Shown here: positions 7,790-18,800 of the stretch, in pieces
Position numbering within the stretch: position 1 is the first letter of the stretch
Layout of the letters: each line of letters starts with the position of its first letter
Assembly (NCBI GenBank): GCA_964511245.1
Contig: CAZEEB010000001.1
Location: 1-40,027, forward strand
DNA: 40,027 nucleotides
Source: an uncultured Paludibacter sp.
Lineage (GTDB): Bacteria; Bacteroidota; Bacteroidia; Bacteroidales; Paludibacteraceae
Reading direction: 5' to 3'
Notes under the pieces: generated by a model
Databases searched by the model: none
The model's input: only the letters and a program-made list of their open reading frames with translations
What the model was told of the DNA's origin: nothing
Translations under genes and position numbers: made by a program

Positions 7790-9436
7790 TTATTCAATAA
7801 TTTCCAAATGAGGTTTTTTAGTTGTTGTTGAATGATTTTTTTCGGTTTTCTTATTAGATTTTAATAATAGTACCGGAATAAATCCAACCAATGAAATGGC
7901 AGCAGCCAACAGAAAATCATCGTTAATTCCTTGAATAAAAGCTTGTGATGTAACATTTGACATCAATAAACTTTGACCCTGCTTCATAGCAGTTGTAAAC
8001 GAGCCGCCACCATGCTGTTGAATATAATAAGCCATATTTCGAGTTGCATTTTGAAACGCCTGCGAACCCGATTGAATTGCACCACCATACATTTGAGTAT
8101 GAAAATTAACACGAGCGGTCAAAACCGTTGACAATAAGGCCACACCCAAACTTCCTCCAATTTGCCTCACTGTATTTGAAATACTTGAGGCTTGTGCCAT
8201 TTTGTGATGCGGAATGGTTGATAACGAAAAAGTACTCAAGGGTGTAAAAATCATTCCCATACCTAAGCCTCGAAGATATAAAGTGGTCATAATCAATGAG
8301 TGTTCAGTCATAAACGACAAATCGGCATTCAAATAAAGACTAAATGCCAGAATGCCAACGCCCGCCATAATAGGTACACGGGGATTTAATTTATCTGAAA
8401 ACCAACCGGAAAGCGGTGACATGATGCCTTGTATAATTCCCACCGGCAAAAACACCGATCCGGATTGCAAAGCTGTGTAACCCAGCGAATTTTGTAAATA
8501 AAGTGGAAGTAAAAACGTACTGCCAAACATACCAATACTGAAAACCAACATCAACAAATTGCTCATACCAAAATTTCTATCTGTCAGCAATCGTAAATCG
8601 AGTAAAGGATTTTCAGTAGTTAATTCTTGAGTAACAAATACTGCTAATCCCAATGCAGAAATGGCAAAACATATTAAAATATAGGGAGCAGTCCATCCAC
8701 CTGAATTGGTTTGTGCATTGCCTTCAGAAAGCGCGTAAAGTAATACAGGTAGAAAAATAATGACAGATATGAACCCTATATAATCAAATTTTCTTACGTT
8801 TGGATTAATAAATTCACGTTGAATAATTACCGTAAACAATAGTGCTGCAATTCCCACCGGAACATTCACATCGAAAATCAATTGCCAACTGAAATTATCA
8901 ACCAAATAACCGCCAATCATCGGTCCAAATGAAACGGATGCCGCTGCCGATATAGCCCAAAAACCCAGTGCCACGCCACGTTGTTGAATTGGAAATTCCC
9001 TGATAATGATTGCCATACCCAATGGTTGAATCATTCCCGCACCTAAACCTTGTAAAACTCTCGAAACAATTAATGTTGTTTCGTCGTTTGACAAACCACA
9101 CAATAATGACCCGAAAGTAAACATAAAGAGTCCCCAAAAATACACTTTTTTATAACCAAATTTATCAGCAAGCCAGCCCGAAGTGGGCAACATGGCAGCC
9201 ATGGCAAGCATATAAGCTGTTATGACCCACTGAATGGTGGACAAGCCAACGCCAAACGATGACATGATTTTGGGTAAACTTACATTTACAATCGTACTAT
9301 CAAGTACAGCCATAAAAGTACCAAGCATAACATTGGCAAGTACAAACCACTTATAATACTGGTTTCGAGGATGATAGAGCGAATCAGAGTTTCGAAGCTT
9401 GCGACGAATTTTATGTGTTATAGAAATTTTCCGCAT
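7790..9436 (-). CDS. DHA2 family (EmrB/QacA) MFS efflux transporter
   Basis: GTFMAVLDSTIVNVSLP, WVITAY, GWLADKFG, GPMIGG, NVPVG, ENPLLDLRLL motifs with about 14 hydrophobic segments. Confidence 0.95.
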   Translation of the reverse strand: MRKISITHKIRRKLRNSDSLYHPRNQYYKWFVLANVMLGTFMAVLDSTIVNVSLPKIMSSFGVGLSTIQWVITAYMLAMAAMLPTSGWLADKFGYKKVYFWGLFMFTFGSLLCGLSNDETTLIVSRVLQGLGAGMIQPLGMAIIIREFPIQQRGVALGFWAISAAASVSFGPMIGGYLVDNFSWQLIFDVNVPVGIAALLFTVIIQREFINPNVRKFDYIGFISVIIFLPVLLYALSEGNAQTNSGGWTAPYILICFAISALGLAVFVTQELTTENPLLDLRLLTDRNFGMSNLLMLVFSIGMFGSTFLLPLYLQNSLGYTALQSGSVFLPVGIIQGIMSPLSGWFSDKLNPRVPIMAGVGILAFSLYLNADLSFMTEHSLIMTTLYLRGLGMGMIFTPLSTFSLSTIPHHKMAQASSISNTVRQIGGSLGVALLSTVLTARVNFHTQMYGGAIQSGSQAFQNATRNMAYYIQQHGGGSFTTAMKQGQSLLMSNVTSQAFIQGINDDFLLAAAISLVGFIPVLLLKSNKKTEKNHSTTTKKPHLEIIE

Positions 9437-9439
9437 TGG

Positions 9440-10438
9440 TTATTTTATAATTTTTACAACAGCCGACATACCAGTCAGTATTTTAAACTCAGTCATTTTA
9501 GTACCATTTTCAGTACCATCAATCGAAATTTTGAGTGGTATGCGTTGTGTAACTTTTGTGAAATTACCCGATGCATTACTAGGTGGAATAAGTGAAAACT
9601 GAGCAGCAGTAGTTGAGCCAAACATAAATATCTTTCCGTTAAAAACCACTCCGGGATACATATCAAGTGAGAAAATTGCTTTTTGTCCAATTTTAAGTTT
9701 CTCCAATTTTGTTTCTTCGAGGTATACGATTATCCAAAATTTACTATTATTATTTACCGTATAAATTGGTTGACCCGCTTGTGAAATATCGCCCGGTAAC
9801 AACCATCGTTTTGCAACTATTCCATCCACAGGAGCATAAAGTCGAGTGTTATTAAGTTGCGTTTTAATCACAGCAATTTGAGCTTTTGAACCTTCCACAG
9901 CTGTTTCGGCACTTTTAATCTGTGATTTTGAAACAGTTAATTGTGATTGTGCAGCATCTAATTGAGCTTGCGCGGTTTCCAACGTTTTTTTAGCATGGTC
10001 AAATTGTTCTTTGGTAGTTACAGCACCGGCAAATTGAGCTTTTGAACGGTCAAAATCTTCTTTAGCACGTTCGACAGCGATTTGAAGAACTTTGATATTT
10101 TTTTCATCAAATTTATACTTGGCTTCTGCCTGTGATTTTGCAGCTTCAGTTTGTAATTTTCCTGAAATTACTTGTTGTTTTTGCGCCAAAATATCTGTGC
10201 TATCCAATTCGGCAAGCAATTCACCTTTTTTCACAGAATCACCTTCCTGAAAATAAAGCTTACTGATTCGACCCATAATTTTGGGGCTTACTGATACTAC
10301 ATCCGATGATACCAAGGCATCATCCGTTTTTATATATTTCTCATAATCAATATACAAGTAAACACCTATTGCTAAAACCAGCAAAATAACTACTGTTATT
10401 GGAATGTAAATTTTCAAATCTTTTTTCTTGTTTGTCAT
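9440..10438 (-). CDS. EmrA/HlyD family membrane fusion protein
   Basis: N-terminal TM, TDDA, lipoyl halves, coiled coil and the EmrA signature FSLIPPSNASGNFTKVTQRIP. Confidence 0.95.
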   Translation of the reverse strand: MTNKKKDLKIYIPITVVILLVLAIGVYLYIDYEKYIKTDDALVSSDVVSVSPKIMGRISKLYFQEGDSVKKGELLAELDSTDILAQKQQVISGKLQTEAAKSQAEAKYKFDEKNIKVLQIAVERAKEDFDRSKAQFAGAVTTKEQFDHAKKTLETAQAQLDAAQSQLTVSKSQIKSAETAVEGSKAQIAVIKTQLNNTRLYAPVDGIVAKRWLLPGDISQAGQPIYTVNNNSKFWIIVYLEETKLEKLKIGQKAIFSLDMYPGVVFNGKIFMFGSTTAAQFSLIPPSNASGNFTKVTQRIPLKISIDGTENGTKMTEFKILTGMSAVVKIIK

Positions 10439-10461
10439 ACTTTTTTATTTTAATTTTTTAT

Positions 10462-10923
10462 TTAGTTTTTTGATTCGGTCATTATTTCCGATAATATTTC
10501 ACGAACTTGCTGAGTTGAATCATATAGTGTAGATAGTTTTATACTATCAAGCTTTTCAATTCTACTACGCATTTCCATGCTTATTTCAAGTTTTATTGCT
10601 TTAAAATCTTCTTTCCCCTTAGCAGTCATCCTAATGTTAATAATACGGCGGTCATTTGAATCAAAAAGCCGTTCTGCCATATTTTCGGCTATCAATTTAT
10701 CAACCTGGGCAGTTACATGTGGTTTTGGCATAGACAGTTTGCAGCCAATTTCAGACATAGATAACATTTCGTACTTACTGAGCATTCCCAAGATATACAA
10801 ACTCCCGGGATTTAAATTTGTTTTAGCACGCAAGGAGCGTGTTAAACTTTTTGATAGAAGAGGATACAAGTATATTAGGTTTTCAATTATCCTATCAATA
10901 GCATTTGTTTCAGTATCGTTCAT
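10462..10923 (-). CDS. MarR family transcriptional regulator
   Basis: wHTH with DRRII...TAKG wing motif, first gene of the efflux operon. Confidence 0.93.
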   Translation of the reverse strand: MNDTETNAIDRIIENLIYLYPLLSKSLTRSLRAKTNLNPGSLYILGMLSKYEMLSMSEIGCKLSMPKPHVTAQVDKLIAENMAERLFDSNDRRIINIRMTAKGKEDFKAIKLEISMEMRSRIEKLDSIKLSTLYDSTQQVREILSEIMTESKN

Positions 10924-10945
10924 TTTAGGTTTTAAAATTATATAA

Positions 10946-10963
10946 AGTTACAAAAATATAACT
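10946..10963 (-). promoter_or_regulatory. marR promoter -7 element (TATTTTTG, 10951-10958) bracketed by inverted repeat AGTTA-N8-TAACT, candidate MarR operator
   Basis: Seen directly; the operator role is inferred from MarR autoregulation. Confidence 0.5.
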
Positions 10964-11106
10964 ATTAATGTATACAAACTATTATATAAAAGTAATTTTA
11001 CGAAGAAATAACAAATGATGATGAAAAATTGTTCTTTAATAATTAAAAAACTTTTATTGAAATTAATTTTAAACTATCAAACTATGCTGTAAGAATTGTT
11101 ATATAT

Positions 11107-11140
11107 AAAAAAGAGCCACAATTATCTAAATTGTAGCTCT
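11107..11140 (-). terminator. Intrinsic terminator after the GH13 amylase
   Basis: Minus strand AGAGCTACAATT-tagat-AATTGTGGCTCT followed by a T-run. Confidence 0.8.
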
Positions 11141-11167
11141 CATTACCTATTGTTTGAATGTTTGCGC

Positions 11168-13927
11168 TTATTGTTTCACAATTTTATGGACACTTCGACC
11201 GGTTGTTGTGTTTACTTCCAGCATATACAGCCCTTTACTCAAAGTCGAAAAATCAACTTCATTGGTATTGCTAACTGATTTAATCTGACTTCCCTGAAGA
11301 TTATAAATCTGAGCATTTTTTATGTTAGCAGGTGAAGATATATAGACTTTGGACAATGTTATAGTTGGGAAAACAGAACAATCTGCATCGGCATGTAGCG
11401 TACTCAGTGCATTTGGCAAATTTACAATTCTATCTGTATATATAAGTAAATCACCCGGTTGCATTGAAATCGTCATGTTGGTATTTGTGACATTCAGCAC
11501 TTCGCCAGTTAATAAATTATACCATGTGCCTGTGTTCGGAAAATTCGGATTTGCGGTTATTGGATTAACTGGATCAAAATTACCCAACACGACCATGTTT
11601 AAGCTCGAATGTGCAAGTGCAATTCGCCTACCCTGTGCCCAATCTGAAGCAGTAACATTGGTAGCAAAATTTCCTTGAGTAAAAGCAGTAGGATATAATT
11701 TTCTAAGATTTAAAATTTTGGCACAAGCATCAGCTGCAGCTTTACGATGAGCTAGATTAAACCAACTCCAGGCTTGTTGTTTCTCATTTGTTCTACCACC
11801 GTTTGAATTAATTGAATAGTCATATCCTAATTCGCCAAATTCATATATCATTTTTGGACCAGGCAGTAAAGTATTGAATGCGATATTCAATGCTACACGT
11901 TTTATACGAGCAATAGAATCAGTTTTCAAATTTCCTGCACCATAAGTTTTAGCCTGAAAGAAATTACGTTCTTCGTCATGACTTTCGCCATAACCAACCC
12001 ACTGACGAGGAGATGAAATCATACCAGACATATCACTACTACTTTGGTAACCCATGGCCGTTTGCGAGTAAACACTGTTCATATTGCGCCATAAATACAT
12101 GCCTTGCGAAGCCAGATAATCTTCTTCAGTACCTCCAACAAAATGTTCAAGAATAAACATTGCTCCACCTTTTGCGCTTTTCACAGCGCCATAATAATCT
12201 TTCAAATTATCAATGCGTTGCTGATCCCAGGTTGACTCTGTACCTGAATTTTGAGTGAACCCTTTGGTCAAATCCATCCGATAACCATCAACCTTGTATT
12301 CAGTTAACCAATATTGTAATACGCGTTTAAAATACTCTTTTGTATACGTGCTGCTATGATTAAAATCGTTTAACACACTAAAATTATGTGGAGCAGTTAC
12401 ATTCATCCAAGGGTTGTTTGCAGCTGGTGCCGGATACGGTAAATGAGCCGAATCCCAATAGAGTAACGCAAATGGACAAAGTCCGGAAGCTTGATTAAAC
12501 ACCATGTCCAAAATTACCGCAATGCCACGTTTATGACATTCATCAATAAATTTTTTGTAGGTTTCGGGGGTTCCATACGCTTTGTCGGGTGCAAAATAAT
12601 GATTCGGATTATATCCCCAACTGTTATTACCATCAAACTCCTGAATAGGCATTAATTCAACAGCAGTAATTCCAAGATTTTTTAAATAATCTAATTTTAA
12701 TATTGCTGCTTCGAGTGATTTCTCTTTGCTAAAATCACGCAATAACAATTCGTAAATTACCAAATTCTCTGTTGAAGCAACCGTGAAATTTGGAATTGAC
12801 CAGTTGTATGCAGTTTTAGCTGTTTGAAGAGTTGCTACCAGACCATCAGTTTTTCCTACCGGATAGGGTTTTAAATTTGGATAGATGCTGTAGTATTGAT
12901 TAATCCATTGATCATTCCATGGATCGAGAACTAATTCAGTGTAGGGATCGCTGGACTTTATTGTTCCATCTACAAGGTATTGGAAACCATACATTTTGCC
13001 GGGTGTCAATCCAGTTAACGTTATCCACCAATAATTTCCATCTTTTTTCAATTGATATGCATTCAGTTGTGTCCAGTTATTAAAGTCACCAATCAGAAAA
13101 ACATTGGATTTTCCGGGTGCCAGCAATATTAGAGTTGCAGTACTATTGTCAATATAATTAATACCATCTTTAAGTCCGGAAGGTCGAGCCTGGGTGCTAA
13201 CTGGTGCAGGAACACAAATATAGGCTGTGTCAAATACTGTTTTTCCGGCTGCTGTAGCCGATGCAATCAGCGTATAGTCATTTGCATTAGTAAATGTATA
13301 CGAAGTTGTGAGTGTAGTTGAATCTGTTGCAGAAGTTTTAATTACAGTTCCGTTTACACTTATGCTTAAAGCCGAATTTATTGATGACGCTACTTTTAAA
13401 GGCAAATTTGTACCGGCGACTACGGACATATCCACTGCCGGACTAGTAAAAGCAACATTTAAACCGGCTTGATAAACATTAACCAGAATATCGGCTCCTG
13501 CAGTTGTTTTTCCGGTTTTACTTCCATCGGCATTTCGGAAAACCAATGCTATTTGTTTGATAACTTCGCCTGCAGGAACTCCTAGAAAAGTCTGAATATC
13601 GGGTCCAATAGTCAACTTCCATAAATTTCCATTTACATAAGTCAACATGTTTTTCGATGTGTTTGCTTTCGGATCTGTAGCACTTGTAGGCCAGCTAGTT
13701 AGTACATATTTCCAATCTGATGAACTGGTACTTTTTGAAGTAATCACACCAATATGAACATACACACCAGTTGTAAGCCCCTTTAAACCGGCTGAACCTA
13801 ATGATGCATCATAATTGATATCAAAAGGACATGATGTTTGAGTAATAAAAGTTGGAGTAGTTGTAACTTGTGCATCGATAGCAAAGGTATAACAAAGCAA
13901 TAAAGCAAAAATGATAAATTTCTTCAT
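11168..13927 (-). CDS. Secreted GH13 alpha-amylase-family enzyme with CBM48-like domain and T9SS C-terminal sorting domain
   Basis: Signal peptide; GDFNNW (CBM48-like); IYELLLRDF, ELMP, WGYNP, LDMVFN, DGYRMDLTKGF, ILEH, ESHDEER; C-terminal VFP...IYNLQG...LSKGLYML...KIVKQ. Confidence 0.92.
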   Translation of the reverse strand: MKKFIIFALLLCYTFAIDAQVTTTPTFITQTSCPFDINYDASLGSAGLKGLTTGVYVHIGVITSKSTSSSDWKYVLTSWPTSATDPKANTSKNMLTYVNGNLWKLTIGPDIQTFLGVPAGEVIKQIALVFRNADGSKTGKTTAGADILVNVYQAGLNVAFTSPAVDMSVVAGTNLPLKVASSINSALSISVNGTVIKTSATDSTTLTTSYTFTNANDYTLIASATAAGKTVFDTAYICVPAPVSTQARPSGLKDGINYIDNSTATLILLAPGKSNVFLIGDFNNWTQLNAYQLKKDGNYWWITLTGLTPGKMYGFQYLVDGTIKSSDPYTELVLDPWNDQWINQYYSIYPNLKPYPVGKTDGLVATLQTAKTAYNWSIPNFTVASTENLVIYELLLRDFSKEKSLEAAILKLDYLKNLGITAVELMPIQEFDGNNSWGYNPNHYFAPDKAYGTPETYKKFIDECHKRGIAVILDMVFNQASGLCPFALLYWDSAHLPYPAPAANNPWMNVTAPHNFSVLNDFNHSSTYTKEYFKRVLQYWLTEYKVDGYRMDLTKGFTQNSGTESTWDQQRIDNLKDYYGAVKSAKGGAMFILEHFVGGTEEDYLASQGMYLWRNMNSVYSQTAMGYQSSSDMSGMISSPRQWVGYGESHDEERNFFQAKTYGAGNLKTDSIARIKRVALNIAFNTLLPGPKMIYEFGELGYDYSINSNGGRTNEKQQAWSWFNLAHRKAAADACAKILNLRKLYPTAFTQGNFATNVTASDWAQGRRIALAHSSLNMVVLGNFDPVNPITANPNFPNTGTWYNLLTGEVLNVTNTNMTISMQPGDLLIYTDRIVNLPNALSTLHADADCSVFPTITLSKVYISSPANIKNAQIYNLQGSQIKSVSNTNEVDFSTLSKGLYMLEVNTTTGRSVHKIVKQ

Positions 13928-13970
13928 GGAATTAAAGTATTGATGATTAAAGTAATATTAATAATTGCAA

Positions 13971-13978
13971 CAAATATA
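13971..13978 (-). promoter_or_regulatory. -7 promoter element (TATATTTG) for the GH13 amylase
   Basis: TAnnTTTG match downstream of the susD terminator, about 45 nt before the ATG. Confidence 0.6.
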
Positions 13979-14025
13979 GCTCAATATTTGAATCATTTTC
14001 AGCAAAAAACCTTGCTAGAGCTTTA

Positions 14026-14055
14026 ATTTCAATTGCAAACGTTTGCAATTGAAAT
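14026..14055. promoter_or_regulatory. LacI-family operator, 30-bp perfect palindrome ATTTCAATTGCAAACGTTTGCAATTGAAAT
   Basis: Core GCAAACGTTTGC with central CG is typical of LacI/GalR sites and recurs at 19062-19075 next to the LacI gene. Confidence 0.85.
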
Positions 14056-14074
14056 GTTTATAAATTATTTTTTC

Positions 14075-14110
14075 AAAAAAAAAGGTTGGTCAAATTTCTT
14101 CGACCAACCT
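14075..14110 (-). terminator. Intrinsic terminator after susD
   Basis: Stem AGGTTGGTC/GACCAACCT (14083-14091, 14102-14110) followed by a long T-run on the minus strand. Confidence 0.88.
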
Positions 14111-14132
14111 CATAATTTAGCATTTCTAAAAA

Positions 14133-15776
14133 TCAATACCCTGGATTTTGTGTTAAATTAGGATTGGCATTGATATCCGAAGATGGTATTGGGAATATAT
14201 TCAAATCAGCACTAAACGTAGTAACTGCTGGAGTACCTGTTAATGCATCAGGTGCTGCACCTGCTTTCCAATCCCAGTTATAGGTATTTGTTCCACCGAA
14301 TTGATTAAAACGAATTAAATCAGGACGACGATATCCTTCAAAGAAAAACTCTTTAGCCCGTTCATCAATAATGTTTTGCAAAGTTGGAGCAGAAGTTAAC
14401 AAAACCGCACCGGCACGTGTTCTGAGTGCATTAACAGCTTGCATGGCTGTATAACCTCCAATAACAGCTGCACCACGGGTTACAGCTTCGGCATAATTCA
14501 AATATGCTTCTGCAGCACGCATAAATGGTACATCGGTATCTGTATATTGAACATCATGTGTAGCTGCACCGTCAGCACGTACATTGCTATATTTAATAAC
14601 CTGATATCCTTCTTTAAATGTGTTCATTGGTCCGATATTTAACGAAGCGCTTACAGATTTTTTATCAAATAACGCTCTCTTATCCTTCATAGAACCCAAA
14701 ATTGCAGTCGTTAAGTTACTGGCATCTGAGAAGAAAGTGCTGCCTGAAGGAAAAAATTTCTTAACTAACGAGGCTCTGGCTCTATTACCACCCCATCCTG
14801 CATTTGATCCCCAGCTAACCATGCCATTGGTATGCGTAGAAGCAATTAAAAACAATGAACCACCCCAGCAAGTAGTTTTAATACCATCCTGAGCAATTGG
14901 GAAAATGATTTCGTTTGGTGCTAAATTAATCGTAGAACCATCTACAGCTCCAGCATTATCCGCCATAAAAAGTTGTTCAAATTTTGGACACAATGTATAA
15001 CCGGAACTTGGGTCAATTACTTTTTGAGCATAAATTGCAGCTGAATCCCATTTGGCTTTGCCGGTAAACACTTCAGCGTTAAGATATAACCTTGAACGCA
15101 ATAGCCAGTTAGCAACTACATTAACTCTATAATATGGTTTAGCAGCACCAGCAGCATACATATCAGGTTCACAAGCCGCCAACTCTTTATTTACATAAGC
15201 AAATAAATCAGCACGTTTTATTTGGGGTGCATAACCTTGAAGTAAAACCGTTTCGGTAAAAGGTACGTTTCCAAACATATCAAGCAGGTAGTAATAATTT
15301 AACGCACGCATAAAACGAGCTTCAGCACGTTGTTTTACAGATTTAGCATCTGTAAGACCGGCAGTTTTTTGCAAAAAATGATTACAAAGAGTTATGTTGA
15401 AATAAAACCTTCCATACAATCCCTTTACCTGATCGTGTGATGATGACCATTTATTGAAATTTAATTCAGGTATTCCGGGGTCTCCCCATGAACACATAGC
15501 CTCATCGGTGGTCAGTTCATTTAAATTCCATATTAATCTGACAAAAGCAGAAGTTCCTTCATCAATTCCAGCCACATCGCCATTTCCCGATGGTCCTTCC
15601 TGCCCTGTTAAAGCCAGAGATGAATAAATTTTAGCAAAAACACCATCTTGATTAAATGTTTGAATAACACTTGGATCGATTGGATTAACATTCAGATCGT
15701 TTACACAAGATGTCATGCTTATTCCCAAAATAAATGCCACGATTGGGATGATTAATTTTATATTTTTATAGTTCAT
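14133..15776 (-). CDS. susD: SusD/RagB family glycan-binding lipoprotein (starch type)
   Basis: Lipobox ISMTSC; NELTTDEA, AEARFMRA, FGNVPF, ERAKEFFFEGYRRPDLIRF, NPNLTQNPGY; directly follows susC. Confidence 0.96.
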   Translation of the reverse strand: MNYKNIKLIIPIVAFILGISMTSCVNDLNVNPIDPSVIQTFNQDGVFAKIYSSLALTGQEGPSGNGDVAGIDEGTSAFVRLIWNLNELTTDEAMCSWGDPGIPELNFNKWSSSHDQVKGLYGRFYFNITLCNHFLQKTAGLTDAKSVKQRAEARFMRALNYYYLLDMFGNVPFTETVLLQGYAPQIKRADLFAYVNKELAACEPDMYAAGAAKPYYRVNVVANWLLRSRLYLNAEVFTGKAKWDSAAIYAQKVIDPSSGYTLCPKFEQLFMADNAGAVDGSTINLAPNEIIFPIAQDGIKTTCWGGSLFLIASTHTNGMVSWGSNAGWGGNRARASLVKKFFPSGSTFFSDASNLTTAILGSMKDKRALFDKKSVSASLNIGPMNTFKEGYQVIKYSNVRADGAATHDVQYTDTDVPFMRAAEAYLNYAEAVTRGAAVIGGYTAMQAVNALRTRAGAVLLTSAPTLQNIIDERAKEFFFEGYRRPDLIRFNQFGGTNTYNWDWKAGAAPDALTGTPAVTTFSADLNIFPIPSSDINANPNLTQNPGY

Positions 15777-15804
15777 AATGATACATTTTATAAGGTTTTA
15801 CAAA

Positions 15805-18800
15805 TCAGAAATTAAGGCTTAAACCAATCATTGATATCATTGGTCGTGGATAAATACTATTATCAATACCGCCATAAACCTCAGGATCTAATCCTTTGTA
15901 ACTAGTAATTACAAATGGATTTTGAACAGTTGCATACACACGACCTGTTGAAATTACATTAAACAGTTTCTTGAAACTATATCCCAATGTAATATTGTCA
16001 CATCGAATAAACGATGCATTCTGGATAAAATAATCAGACAAATAATAATTGGTTGCATTTTTAGTGAAATTGGTTTCAAGTGCCGAAACTGGTTTGTTAG
16101 AGAAGAAGCCTGACGATGACCACACACCTGATGAACCAATATACGCTCTGTTTGCATCAACATCATTGTACATATAATTTCCAAGACTGGCGCGCAAAGT
16201 AAAACCTAAATCGAAGTTTTTGTAAATTAATTTGCTTGACAAGCCCATGGTCACATCAGCTGCAGGATTGTGGTAGAAATATCGGTCGTCATCGTTGATC
16301 TTGCCATCACCGTTTCGGTCAACAAATTTACCTTCAATTGGTTTGCCTGTTATGCTATCGTAAACTTGTTGATAAACAAAAAATGAACTTGCTGCTTGTC
16401 CAACAGAATGAGCTTGAATTTTATTGCCTGTTCCCGAAGAAATACCACCGGTTGGAACTATATAATTGGCTTTGGTCCCGCTTATCAATTTAGTAATTTG
16501 ATTTTTATTATAGGTAACATTGTAGCCAATTTCCCAAGTTAAATCTTTGGTAGTAATGGCTTTAGCGTTGATTGAAAATTCAATACCCTGATTATTTAAC
16601 GAACCAATATTACTGATTACCTGATTACTAAAGTTTGAACCTGCCGGCAAATCTACTGTATTCAATAAATCATTGGTTACGCGGTAATAATAATCCAACG
16701 AACCCGATATACGTGAATTTAATAAACCAAAATCAAATCCGGCATTGTAGGTTGTTGTTTGCTCCCACTTCAAAATTGAATTATAAACATTCGGACGATA
16801 AGTAGTTATATACTCATTATTAGCTCCTACAGGATAGTATGAACCTACTATATTATTTTGATAAACAGGTATATATGGATAATCTCCCTGATTAATATTT
16901 TGTTGACCCGTAATACCATACCCTAATCTTAACTTTAAATCGTTTATGGTTTTATTATCTTTCAAAAAATCTTCTTCGTTAATTTTCCAAGCCAAAGCTG
17001 CTGCTGGAAATAATGCCCAACGGTTTTCTGGAGAGAAACGAGAAGAACCATCTTCGCGTAGAGTAAAAGTAGCCAAGTACTTATCGGCAAAAGTGTAATT
17101 TAATCTTCCAAAGAATGAAACTAAGTAATTTTCTGATTTCCATACTTTAGCTTTGTAACTATAACCTCCAATATGACCTGTTACAGGATCAACTATATTC
17201 GTTTCCAATCCTTCGTATGAATTATTGCCCTCATGGTGAAACTTTTGCCACTCATAACCTGCCATTATATCAAACTTATTTTTTTCAATTTCCTTTGAGT
17301 ATTGCATATAATAGTTTAATGACTGATTAATCTTAGTGATTTCTTCCGAGCCTTGACGTCCATGATGAGTATCGCTGCCTGATAATGAATCAATGAATAG
17401 CTGTTGTATGCCATTTGCAAACTCAAATCCTAAATTCAAATGTAATCTGAGTTCAGGTAAAAAATGTACTTTATAATCAAATTCGGCACTTCCAATAAAA
17501 TCTTTCGAATTGGCAACATCCATTTTTTGATTCAAAGTAGCCACCGGATTTTTAGAAGCTAAGGTATTGGCAATTGTTACGCCCTTATCCGTAGTGTACC
17601 ATTGCCAGTATCCACCAAAGTTCTTTTGGTAAATGTCGCCATAACCATATACAGGCTGTGTAGGATCCATCGAGGCAGCTGTACCAACAACTCCGCCATC
17701 GGCATACCTGTTTTTTACCAACATACCTTTGGCATTCAAATTGATTTTCAAATGATCATCGAACAACGATGGATTTAAACTGAATGCACCTGTGTAACGT
17801 TCAAAATTTGAAGTTTTAACAATACCATTCTGATTTGTATAACCTACTGAAAAACGATAAGGCATATTTTTGAATCCACCCATAATGTTAATGTTATGGT
17901 CGGTACTTAAAGCAGTTTGATAAATTTCGCTTTGCCAGTCGGTGCTGTTAGTTGGTTTTCCATCCTTTCCAATCCACCACCAGGTATTATTAGCCTTGGA
18001 TAAAATATCGGGCTTGCCTGCATACAGTGTGTTTACTAAACTTCTGAATTGATCTCCGGAAAGTACGTCAAGTGTTTTTTTAATATTACTAACCGACATG
18101 TTTCCTTCATACGAAATACGTGGTTTTGCACCTTTCTCGCCTTTTTTGGTGGTAATGATAATTACACCATTCGAAGCACGCGAACCATAAATGGCTGTTG
18201 CAGAAGCATCTTTTAATACCGTAAAGGTTTCAATATCATTTGGATTAATGGTGCTTAACATATTTGAAACTCCTTTAATTCCATCATTATCCAATGCCAA
18301 TCCGTCAATGACTATTAATGGATCATTGCTGGCATTCAGTGAAGAACCGCCACGTATTCGAATTGTTGCTTTACTGCCCGGAGCCCCACCATCTGAAGTA
18401 ACATTTACACCAGCAATTTTCCCTGTAATCATGTCCTGAGCATTGGTAGTGAGACCTTTGTTCATCTTATCAGGCTTAATTGCAGTTACAGAACCGGTTG
18501 CATCGTTTTTCTTAACAACACCATAACCAATTGCAACTACTTCGCCCAAAGCAATTGAATTCTCTTTTAATTGAACAACTAGATTATTTTTACCTGAAAC
18601 AGGTACTTCAACAGTAAGATAACCAAGGTATTTTACTACTAAAGTGGCATTAGTTGGAACTGAAATAGTAAATGCTCCATCTAAGTTTGTAATAATACCT
18701 TTCGAGGTTCCTTTTTCAAGAATGCTTGCTCCAAGGATGGGTTCCCCGTTTGCAGCATCTTTCACTATTCCTGATACTGATATTTGTTGTGCATTGGCTG

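Noticed and set aside
6301-10923. Efflux operon as an acquired resistance island
   Set aside because: Ordinary MarR-EmrAB-TolC arrangement with no mobility genes or boundary repeats; substrate cannot be inferred.
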